Shown: in pieces, positions 1 through 7,632 of the stretch
Layout: each line of letters starts with the position of its first letter
How positions within the stretch are numbered: the first letter of the stretch is position 1
Assembly (NCBI GenBank): GCA_963824095.1
Contig: CAWGNS010000008.1
Coordinates: 1,231,200 to 1,295,199, forward strand
DNA length: 64,000 nucleotides
Source of the DNA: Terriglobia bacterium
Lineage (GTDB): Bacteria; Acidobacteriota; Terriglobia; Bryobacterales; UBA6623
Reading direction: 5' to 3'
Program-made: the position numbers and the translations under genes
The notes under the pieces: model-generated
Told to the model about the DNA's origin: nothing
The model's input: the letters and a program-made list of their open reading frames with translations, nothing else
The model's database searches: none

Positions 1-2
1 AA

Positions 3-374
3 GCCAGCTATCGCGACTTTCTGATCTACACCAACACCGTCGAGCAGCTCGAGGGCGGCGTGATGCTGAACTTCGGCTCGGCGATCATGGGCCCCGAGGT
101 CTATCTCAAGGCTTTGGCGATGGCCCGCAACGTGGCGCACCCGCAGGGCCGCTCGATCTGCCATTTCACGACGGCCGTGTTCGATCTGGTGCCCATCCAG
201 GGCAACTATCACAAGGAGCTTCCCAAGACCGACCCCGGCTACTATTTCCGGCCGCACAAAACGATCCTGGTGCGCACAGTAGCGGACGGCGGAGAAAGCT
301 TCTATATTTGTGGTGATCACCGCGCCGCTCTGCCCGCTCTGGCGCGCGCGGTTCTCAACGAGGTGAAGGCGTGA
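3..374 (+). CDS. 5'-truncated conserved hypothetical protein (deoxyhypusine-synthase-like fold suspected), last gene before heptose kinase and gmhA
   Basis: Frame open from the window edge (ASYRDFLIYTNTVEQLEGGVMLNFGSAIMGPEVYLKALAMARN...); stop overlaps the next start (GTGA). Confidence 0.65.
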   Translation, partial: ASYRDFLIYTNTVEQLEGGVMLNFGSAIMGPEVYLKALAMARNVAHPQGRSICHFTTAVFDLVPIQGNYHKELPKTDPGYYFRPHKTILVRTVADGGESFYICGDHRAALPALARAVLNEVKA

Positions 375-1372
375 ACTGGGGTGAGATCATCGACAGGTTT
401 TCCGCCTCCCGCGTGCTGGTAGTGGGAGATATCTGCCTCGACCGCTGGTGCCGCTACGACCCGGCCGAGTCGGACATTTCCCGCGAGACGGGCATCGCGA
501 GGATCGGCGTGGTCGGCGCGGAAGTGACGCCGGGGGCCGGCGGTACGGTCGCCAACAACGTGGCGGCGCTGGGTGCCGGACGGGTCGCCGTGCTGGGAGC
601 GATCGGACAGGACGGCTACGCCTTCGAGCTCGAGCGCGCTCTGGCGGAGCGGCATATCGACTACCACCTGCTGGTCGCTTCGCCGCGGATTCAGACCTTC
701 ACCTACACCAAGCTGATCAACGACGCGACCGGCGTCGAGGACAAGCCGCGCGTCGACCACATCAACACGCGCACGCTGCCCGACGAGGTCGAAGACCAGC
801 TCATCGCGAATTTTCACTCGGCCTACAACGAGTTCGACATCATTCTGGTCGCCGACCAGGCTGAAACCGACCACGGCGGAGTGGTCTCGCCGGCGCTGCG
901 CGAAATGATCTGCGACGTGGGCGAGCGCAACCCCGAAAAAGTCGTGATTGCGGACTCCCGCAACCGCATCGGGCAGTTCCGCAACGTGATCGCCAAGCCG
1001 AATCGCCAGGAGGCCGACAGCGCCTGCCGCAAGATGATCGGCGTGATCGACTATGTGCGGCTGCGCAACGCTCTCGGCCCGCGACCCCTGGTGGTCACCT
1101 GCGGAGCCGACGGCGCCGTGCTGGTGACCGATCAGGGCGAGACCCACATTCCAGCGCCGCCTCCGCCCAGCGATCAGCCGGTCGACACCTGCGGGGCCGG
1201 CGACAGCTTTGCCGCCGGCATGGCCCTGGCGCTGCACGGTACCGGGGACATCGAAACAGCGGTTCGCCTGGGACTGCTGGTCTCGGGCGTTACGATCATG
1301 AAGAAGGGAACCGGGACGGCCTCGCCCGCCGAGGTGCTCGAAAAAGCCGAGTCTCTGCCACAATCCGCGTAA
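371..1372 (+). CDS. PfkB-family sugar kinase, HldE/RfaE kinase-domain-like (heptose-7-phosphate kinase)
   Basis: VLVVGDICLD start, PGAGGTVANN, KPNRQEA, C-terminal DTCGAGDSF PfkB motif; coupled to gmhA. Confidence 0.85.
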   Translation: MNWGEIIDRFSASRVLVVGDICLDRWCRYDPAESDISRETGIARIGVVGAEVTPGAGGTVANNVAALGAGRVAVLGAIGQDGYAFELERALAERHIDYHLLVASPRIQTFTYTKLINDATGVEDKPRVDHINTRTLPDEVEDQLIANFHSAYNEFDIILVADQAETDHGGVVSPALREMICDVGERNPEKVVIADSRNRIGQFRNVIAKPNRQEADSACRKMIGVIDYVRLRNALGPRPLVVTCGADGAVLVTDQGETHIPAPPPPSDQPVDTCGAGDSFAAGMALALHGTGDIETAVRLGLLVSGVTIMKKGTGTASPAEVLEKAESLPQSA

Positions 1373-1929
1373 TGACAAGTTTTCCCGCCGAATACAAAGC
1401 CAAGCTGCTGGGCGCCCTCGACGCCATCGACCTGGAAAAGGTCGATGAGATCATCGCCGTGCTGGCCCGGGCGCGCGAGGAAGGCCGCCAGATCTTCGTC
1501 TGCGGCAACGGCGGCAGCGCCGCCACGGCCAACCATTTCGCCTGCGACATGGTCAAGGGAGCCAGCTACGGCCGCGAAAAACGGTTTCGCATCACCGCCC
1601 TGAGCGAGCCGATCGCCACCATGACCGCCTACGCCAACGATGTCAGCTACGACGTCGTGTTCGTCGAGCAACTCAAGAATTTCGCGCGCCAGGGCGACGT
1701 GCTGCTGGCGATCAGCGGCAGTGGCAATTCCCCGAACGTGCTGCGCGCGGTGGAATACGCCAACTCGATCGGCTGCCTCACGATCGGGCTGAGCGGCCGC
1801 AACGGCGGCCAGTTGAAGCCTCTGGTCCGGCTCAGCGTCCATGTCGCCGAAGATCACATGGGCCGCATCGAAGACGCCCACATGACCGTCTGCCACATGG
1901 TTTGCTACCACTTCATGGACCGCGAGTAG
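1372..1929 (+). CDS. gmhA: Phosphoheptose isomerase (SIS domain)
   Basis: CGNGGSAA, TAYAND, ISGSGNSPNV, IEDAH motifs; TAATG overlap with the kinase. Confidence 0.9.
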   Translation: MTSFPAEYKAKLLGALDAIDLEKVDEIIAVLARAREEGRQIFVCGNGGSAATANHFACDMVKGASYGREKRFRITALSEPIATMTAYANDVSYDVVFVEQLKNFARQGDVLLAISGSGNSPNVLRAVEYANSIGCLTIGLSGRNGGQLKPLVRLSVHVAEDHMGRIEDAHMTVCHMVCYHFMDRE

Positions 1930-1945
1930 CGCCGGTTCTCTCCGA

Positions 1946-2031
1946 TCGCCGGTTCCAGGGCTCGCTTCCCTTCCGTACTATTCCCACGGCTGAAGCCATG
2001 GGGCTCCGAATCGGTGTCGCCCCTAGCGGGC
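1946..2031 (-). repeat. Three-hairpin REP-like element, family A (inverted copy of 7276-7360)
   Basis: Central palindrome CCCACGGCTGAAGCCATGGG (1983-2002) flanked by degenerate copies of the two short hairpins seen at 7276-7360; lies between convergent genes. Confidence 0.75.
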
Positions 2032-2053
2032 CGGGCTCAGAAAATGCGACTCG

Positions 2054-2584
2054 TCAGCGGCCGAATGGAAACACTTGCGGCTTCGCCACGCGCAGGTAGT
2101 CGGTGACCTGGAGAAACATCGAATCGGTGAGCGACCCGGCGTTGAAGGCGATGCGCTCGTTGTCGGTGACGGATGGGTCGACGTAGAGGGGGAAGGGCAG
2201 AATCGGCCGACCGAATGGCGGTACCGCTCCGGGCACCAGTCCGGTCAGCGCGGCGAGTTCTTCGGGAGTGGCAAAGCGAGTTCGGCGAGCGTTCAGATGC
2301 GTGCGGATAGCTTGCGAATCGACGCGCCGTGCGGCGCTGAGCACGAACAAGCGGAAGTCGTCATCGACCTTGATCAGCAGGGCCTTGCCGCCAATGCGCA
2401 AGTCCTCGCCCCGCACGCGGGCGGAGTCTTCCGACGTCCGCGTCGGCTCGTGATGCAATTCGCGGAATTCGAGCCCGTGGCTGGTGAGTAGCTCGCGAAT
2501 TCGTTCGAGCACGGAGCGCTCGGTTGAGGCGGCTTCTGGCGCTTCCGGCTGCGGATGGGTTGAGGGGGTCTGCGGTAGATCCAT
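2054..2584 (-). CDS. YbaK/ProXp (INS superfamily) aminoacyl-tRNA editing protein
   Basis: HEPTRTSEDSA, GGKALL, TGLVPGAVPPFG, IAFNAG motifs. Confidence 0.85.
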   Translation of the reverse strand: MDLPQTPSTHPQPEAPEAASTERSVLERIRELLTSHGLEFRELHHEPTRTSEDSARVRGEDLRIGGKALLIKVDDDFRLFVLSAARRVDSQAIRTHLNARRTRFATPEELAALTGLVPGAVPPFGRPILPFPLYVDPSVTDNERIAFNAGSLTDSMFLQVTDYLRVAKPQVFPFGR

Positions 2585-2677
2585 GGGGCTGCTTCATAGC
2601 GGGCCCTGAGAACAAGGTAGCCGCCCGCGACCCATCATACCCCGAAAGCGCGGCGAACCCGAAAGCGTGCAAGCCGG

Positions 2678-3544
2678 CTAGGCGGGGACGAACAATACGA
2701 TGTTGGTCGCCTCGAACAGGTTCGTCCCATCTGCGTCCCACTGCTCGTTCACGGGCGGAAACTGCAGCGGCCGGCCCTCGCGAGTCGGCTCCTCGGGAAA
2801 CAGCTTGTCCAGCTCGCGGCCCGGCCGGTACCAGGGCAGCCGCAACCGCATCACGTTGGCGAAGCTGCGCGCCGGGTTCAGGGCAACCCGGACGAAACGG
2901 ATCAGGCCTTTGCGCTTCCACTTGCGTTCCAACTTGCGGACGACGAAGTGATCGATGGCGTCTTCCGCCAGGATCCAGCCGAAACCGCCGATGGGAGTGA
3001 CTACCAGGTCGACGAATCCCATCGTCCCGCGTGTCTTTCCAACATTGCCGATCGAAGCCTCGCTGAACGGGCCTAGTTCGAACTGCGCGCCGTAGATGGC
3101 CGCGAATCCAAACGCTTTCAGACGGCTGCGCCAGTAGCCGGCCTTGCCGAATTCGGCTTCCTCGCCCGGCGTGTTGGCCTGGATGAAGATAAACCCCGAG
3201 GCCGCTCCCTGCATCGGGTGGAGCAGGTAGTTCGTGTAAAGGCTATCGCCATCGCGCCACCCGCCCAGGCCTTTCACCGAGCTGCCGTAGTCCTTGAAAA
3301 ACGACCCGCCCAGAAAGCGGCGTGTCTTTTCCTGGAAGGCGATCCGGTAGACGTGCTGGAAGGCGAGGAATCGGGCGGAGCCGGACGAAACGCTCTTCCA
3401 GTGCGTGCCGGCGTGCGGGCCCTCGGTCTGCGGCTGCAGCGGCTCCAGAAGCAACATCACGCTGGGATCATCGGCTCGGGCGGCGCTTGACGACGCCCAA
3501 ACCAAGACCAGCAAGAAGGTCCAACTCCACCTCATGAGGTTCAT
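2678..3544 (-). CDS. Exported hypothetical protein (DUF3943-like membrane protein)
   Basis: Signal peptide; NYLLHPMQG, FELGPFSEASIG and DLVVTPIGG segments. Confidence 0.6.
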   Translation of the reverse strand: MNLMRWSWTFLLVLVWASSSAARADDPSVMLLLEPLQPQTEGPHAGTHWKSVSSGSARFLAFQHVYRIAFQEKTRRFLGGSFFKDYGSSVKGLGGWRDGDSLYTNYLLHPMQGAASGFIFIQANTPGEEAEFGKAGYWRSRLKAFGFAAIYGAQFELGPFSEASIGNVGKTRGTMGFVDLVVTPIGGFGWILAEDAIDHFVVRKLERKWKRKGLIRFVRVALNPARSFANVMRLRLPWYRPGRELDKLFPEEPTREGRPLQFPPVNEQWDADGTNLFEATNIVLFVPA

Positions 3545-3757
3545 TTTTGCAAACCCGTTCCGTTTGTGTCACCGGCGCCATGGGTCCGCTTCGCCTCCGA
3601 CAGTTCGGCATGAGCCGTCGTATTGTTCGAGCGAAAAACCGGTCCCGACAGCCACCACGATCCGATCCTCTGTTGGACCGAAATGGACGGCCAATCGTTA
3701 CAGGAAATTGATTGAAATGCGCCAGGAAGGTTCCGATACGAATGCGTCGACCCGCGG

Positions 3758-4510
3758 CTATCGCGGTTGGCGGGCCGAGCCGTCGACCCACGTTCGCAGG
3801 CTGTCGATGAGGTCGTTGGCGGTGTTGTCGAAGCGCAGCGGCGTGATCGAGACGCGCCCCTCTCGAATGGCGGCGTAGTCACTGCCAGGCTCGGCCTCCT
3901 GCAGCGGAATCTGCTCGTCCATCCAGTAGTAGGGCCGACCGCGCGGGTCGCGGCCCTCGACCATCAGATTACGGGAAATCTTGCGGCACTGCCGGGTGAT
4001 CTCGACGCCCTGGTAGCGCGGGTGCGGGACATTGACGTTGAGCGCCACGCCCGGCGGCAGACCTTTCTCGGCGACCTGCCGGGCCAGCGCGGCCGCAAAC
4101 TCGGCCGCGGGCGCGAAGTCGAGGTTTTCCCGCTCGCTGACTGAAACCGCGATGGAGGGAATGCCATGCTTGGCGCCCTCGGCGGCGCCCGCGACGGTGC
4201 CCGAATAGAACACGTTCTCGCCAAGGTTGGGGCCGTTGTTGATGCCCGAAAGCACCAGGTCGGGATGAAAGTCCAGCAGCAGGCAGAGCGCCACCATCAC
4301 CGCATCGGCGGGCGTGCCGTCGACCGCGAAGTGCCGCTCCCCCACTTTTTGAAAACGCAGCGGGCGGCGCAAGGTGATGCCGCGGCTGGCCCCGCTGTGC
4401 TCGCTTTGCGGCGCGCACACGTAAACTTCGCCCACCGCAGTCAAAGCCTGTTCGAGCGCAACCAGCCCTGGCGCACCGATTCCATCGTCGTTGGTGATGA
4501 GAATGCGCAA
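3758..4510 (-). CDS. surE: 5'/3'-nucleotidase SurE
   Basis: ILITNDDG, SGAS, GTPADAV, SGINNGPNLG, YSGTVAGA; TTG start. Confidence 0.95.
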   Translation of the reverse strand: MRILITNDDGIGAPGLVALEQALTAVGEVYVCAPQSEHSGASRGITLRRPLRFQKVGERHFAVDGTPADAVMVALCLLLDFHPDLVLSGINNGPNLGENVFYSGTVAGAAEGAKHGIPSIAVSVSERENLDFAPAAEFAAALARQVAEKGLPPGVALNVNVPHPRYQGVEITRQCRKISRNLMVEGRDPRGRPYYWMDEQIPLQEAEPGSDYAAIREGRVSITPLRFDNTANDLIDSLRTWVDGSARQPR

Positions 4511-4650
4511 ATTACTGTAGACCCCTTACGTCAATCGGTGAAAACCCAGAGCGGAAACGGCAGCGCCGCGGCCGGAAGGCGCGGCCGTGTGAAAAGACGC
4601 GCACGGGAAACGCGCCGGCCGCCTGCGCGATCGCGTTTTGCCGGCCTCGT

Positions 4651-5070
4651 CTAATGATCCCTCAGCAGGGCAAGGATTTCCTGGAGTTCTTTCTTGATGG
4701 TGTGCAGCGGCGGGTGGTGGTCGTCGGACGGCCGTTGCGGGAACGGCAGCGAGCTCTGATCTTTCTGCGCTTGGGGATGCTTCTTGACCCGCACGCGATC
4801 CTGCAGCACTTTGCGCGCGCCGGCGATCGTGTAGCCCTCGGAGTAGAGCAGGCGTTTGATCTCGAGGACTGTCTCGACGTCTTTACGGCGGTACTGCCGC
4901 TGGCCGTTGGATGTCTTCTTGGGCGCAAGCGTGGGAAACTCGCTTTCCCAAAAGCGCAGCACGTAGGTCTCCACCCCCGCAATTTCTCCCACGTCGCCGA
5001 TCCGAAAGAACAGGCGATCTGGAATGTGAGGTTTGGACTGTTCGGAGAGTTCCCGCGCCGGCTCAGCCAT
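4651..5070 (-). CDS. MerR-family transcriptional regulator
   Basis: [39 protein letters not shown]erR HTH. Confidence 0.9.
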   Translation of the reverse strand: MAEPARELSEQSKPHIPDRLFFRIGDVGEIAGVETYVLRFWESEFPTLAPKKTSNGQRQYRRKDVETVLEIKRLLYSEGYTIAGARKVLQDRVRVKKHPQAQKDQSSLPFPQRPSDDHHPPLHTIKKELQEILALLRDH

Positions 5071-5080
5071 TCTTGAGCGT

Positions 5081-7303
5081 CTATGGTAACAAACCCATGA
5101 CGGCGACGCGAACCCGATGGGCGCCTTTGGGTAACAAGATACTGTAATGATTTGTGGCTTTCAGAACGGCCACCTGCGCGGCGGCCCCGTCCACGGCGAT
5201 GCGGCGGGGTGCGGCGTCGATAAGCGCGATGGCCTGAGCTCGCGAATGATATTCGAACTCAATTGCATCCTGCGTTACGGTTGCGCCGAGCAGGTCGCCG
5301 TTCAGGTACAACAAACGGGCCGCGGGAGCGGACTCGGCGGGTGCGACGGTGAAGCGCCCGGCGGGCAGCCACACCGTGGCGCCATCGCTGGCCGGCCAGG
5401 CTTTGCCGTTCACCGTTGCCGGCCCTTTCCAGGCGAGTCCGGTGGGCTTGGCGGCGGTAACGGTTGCCTGGTTCGCCGCGTTGGCCCCCGCCCGGGCGTT
5501 GGCGGCGGCGTAAGGCAGCAGGTCCCAGTCGGGGCCTTCGATGGAGTGCTCGAAATAGAGCAAGGTTCGCGGGAAGGCCTGGCCGGCCAGACGCAGTAAC
5601 TGGAACAGCTCGGTACCTACCTGTTTTTTGGTCGGATAGGAGCGCTGGTAGCGCTCGACGATGTTGATGTCGATCGCCAGCCGCTGCGGATCGTGGACCA
5701 GAGGCTGGTAGCGGCGGGCGATCTCGGGGTAGCGCTGCGGTCCGAGCGACCAGAGCGTGGCCGGGTCTTCCACCACCAGGCTGAAGTCGTAGCGGTCGGC
5801 CAGCGGCAGCAGCGCGGCCGTATCGGCGCCGAGCAGTTCGCGCATGCGATCGTCGAAGCGGTCGTCGATCTGCGTGACGGCGAGGTCCGCCGCGGGCAGC
5901 GCGGCGCGAATCAATTCCAGCCACTCCTGCTGCAGGCGCAGAGCCAGGCGCGCGCGATAGTCGACGAACTGCTGCCAGGCCTTGCGATCGCGGCTCCAGA
6001 AACGCTCCGATTGCGGATCGAACAACTCGCTCGGGTCGAAGCCGATGGCCTCTTTAGCGTCGCGGCGCACCCAATCGTTCAGGGGCGTGAAGCGCGGCGC
6101 GTTGGAAGGCCCGTGGAGGGACTCGAAATACAGCTCGGCAAGGTTCACCCCATCCCACGAAAAGCGGTGCAGCAGCCCGCGTACGCCGCTGGCGGCTTTG
6201 GCGAAGCATTCCGGGTCGGCGAGGTTCACGAGTTTGCGCCAGTCGAGCTGCGCGTCTTGCAGCGTGGCGGTTTTTTCGCGGCAGCCCGCATTGTCCAGCC
6301 AGAACCGCTCACTGACGTGCGGCAGCTCGAGCCAAACGTAGACGAGAACCCCCTCGCGGTGGCAGGCGGCGATCAGCTCGGCCAGATAGCGGTCGCGGTC
6401 GGGGTGAGGCTCGAAAAAATGCCAGCCGCTGACGTGCAGCGCGGCAATGCCGGCCTCGCGCCAGCGGCGCGCCATGTAGTCGGGGTCGACGCGGGTGCGG
6501 TAGGAGTAGTCGAAGAAAGCCCAGGTGCGCGTTTCGCGGAACGGCAGCACCAGTCCCAGATCGACGAGGGCATGGACGAGATAGGGAAAGCGGTCGTAGC
6601 CGCTGGGGCCCGGGCCCGTGATCGCCCAAAGCACGCCGCCCGTGGCGGTGGCGAGCCCCGCCAGCAACGGCGCGCCGGTTCGCTTTTCTCGCGCGAACAC
6701 CTTGGCCTGCGGGGGCAGCGTGTAGACCGGCAGCTCCTGCGGCTGCTCCCAGAAGATGCCGAGCTTGGGATCGTGGACGTCGGTGACGGCGGCAATGCGG
6801 ACCGTCTTGGCCGTGGGCTGAAAACCGGCCTGTCGCGCGGCCGGGGAATTTCCCACCACGATGCGAAATCGCGAAGTTCCGTCGATGGAATCGAGCCCCA
6901 CGCTGGAAAGCACCGGAGCCCACAGCGCGGTGTCTTCGACCTGTACCGAGAAGTCGGGAAGAGGCGAGGGGGAGGGATGCGGGTCGGCGACGGCGGAGGG
7001 GAGGGCGGCGGCGAGTGCGCTTGCCCAGAGAACAGGCCCATGGGCGATTGGGCCGCGGCGATGCGCGTCGTGAGATTCCCCGGAGGGCGCGAATCGTGGC
7101 GAGGCCGGCCGAACGGGCGGCGTCAGCAAGACGAAGATCAGGAGCGCGGCGAAGACGGGGGGCCAGAAAAGCGCCGGCGACCGAACCCGGCCATCGCCGA
7201 AGCATCTCGCGGAATGGAAAACGGAACTGTCGGCGGCGAATGCGGGCCTCGCGCGCAGGAATCGTGCGCGCAGTACGCCCCGCAAGGGGCGGGGCGCATT
7301 CAT
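5081..7303 (-). CDS. Putative exported glycoside-hydrolase-like TIM-barrel protein (GHL10/DUF187-like); start uncertain, probably near 7200-7050
   Basis: [23 protein letters not shown] and [12 protein letters not shown] resemble GHL10-type barrels; hydrophobic signal-like stretch; the ORF N-terminus runs through a REP and is probably not real. Confidence 0.6.
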   Translation of the reverse strand: MNAPRPLRGVLRARFLRARPAFAADSSVFHSARCFGDGRVRSPALFWPPVFAALLIFVLLTPPVRPASPRFAPSGESHDAHRRGPIAHGPVLWASALAAALPSAVADPHPSPSPLPDFSVQVEDTALWAPVLSSVGLDSIDGTSRFRIVVGNSPAARQAGFQPTAKTVRIAAVTDVHDPKLGIFWEQPQELPVYTLPPQAKVFAREKRTGAPLLAGLATATGGVLWAITGPGPSGYDRFPYLVHALVDLGLVLPFRETRTWAFFDYSYRTRVDPDYMARRWREAGIAALHVSGWHFFEPHPDRDRYLAELIAACHREGVLVYVWLELPHVSERFWLDNAGCREKTATLQDAQLDWRKLVNLADPECFAKAASGVRGLLHRFSWDGVNLAELYFESLHGPSNAPRFTPLNDWVRRDAKEAIGFDPSELFDPQSERFWSRDRKAWQQFVDYRARLALRLQQEWLELIRAALPAADLAVTQIDDRFDDRMRELLGADTAALLPLADRYDFSLVVEDPATLWSLGPQRYPEIARRYQPLVHDPQRLAIDINIVERYQRSYPTKKQVGTELFQLLRLAGQAFPRTLLYFEHSIEGPDWDLLPYAAANARAGANAANQATVTAAKPTGLAWKGPATVNGKAWPASDGATVWLPAGRFTVAPAESAPAARLLYLNGDLLGATVTQDAIEFEYHSRAQAIALIDAAPRRIAVDGAAAQVAVLKATNHYSILLPKGAHRVRVAVMGLLP

Positions 7304-7360
7304 AGCCCACGGCTTCAGCCGTGGGTAAACCCGAACACGAATCCAGCCCTGGAAGGGCGA
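7276..7360 (+). repeat. Three-hairpin REP-like element, family A, adjoining the transposase remnant
   Basis: CGCCCC-GCAA-GGGGCG (7276-7291), CCCACGGCT-TC-AGCCGTGGG (7306-7325), GCCCT-GGA-AGGGC (7346-7358). Confidence 0.8.
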
Positions 7361-7376
7361 TCCACTCCGTGCGGAT

Positions 7377-7610
7377 TCACGCCTCAAGATATTTCTCGTC
7401 ATAGGCGATCTCGTGTTTCTTCAGAAACGCCAGAAGCTCGTCCCGAAACGTCCGCTTCTTGTGATGTTCTGGCTGGCGGGAAATGTATTCGTGGACGCGC
7501 TGAAGCCGCGAGTGGCTGACGCTGAACGCGGCGAAGCCATCCTGCCATGCGAAGTCCCGCCGGTCCGCGAATTCCTGGCGGATCCAATGAGAAGAACCGC
7601 CCTTGATCTG
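7377..7610 (-). pseudogene. tnpA: C-terminal half of an IS200/IS605-family (Y1/HUH, RAYT-like) transposase
   Basis: Hand translation: QIKGGSSHWIRQEFADRRDFAWQDGFAAFSVSHSRLQRVHEYISRQPEHHKKRTFRDELLAFLKKHEIAYDEKYLEA*. Catalytic YI..Q helix present; start codon and HUH half absent. Confidence 0.85.
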
Positions 7611-7632
7611 GCTTGGCGCCCGCGATCCGCCC

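Noticed and set aside
4511..4650. Possible tRNA between the MerR gene and surE
   Set aside because: No cloverleaf, T-loop or CCA visible; only GC-rich hairpins.
7304..7402. N-terminal extension of the 773-aa ORF 5081-7402
   Set aside because: It runs through the REP hairpins and transposase remnant; open by chance.
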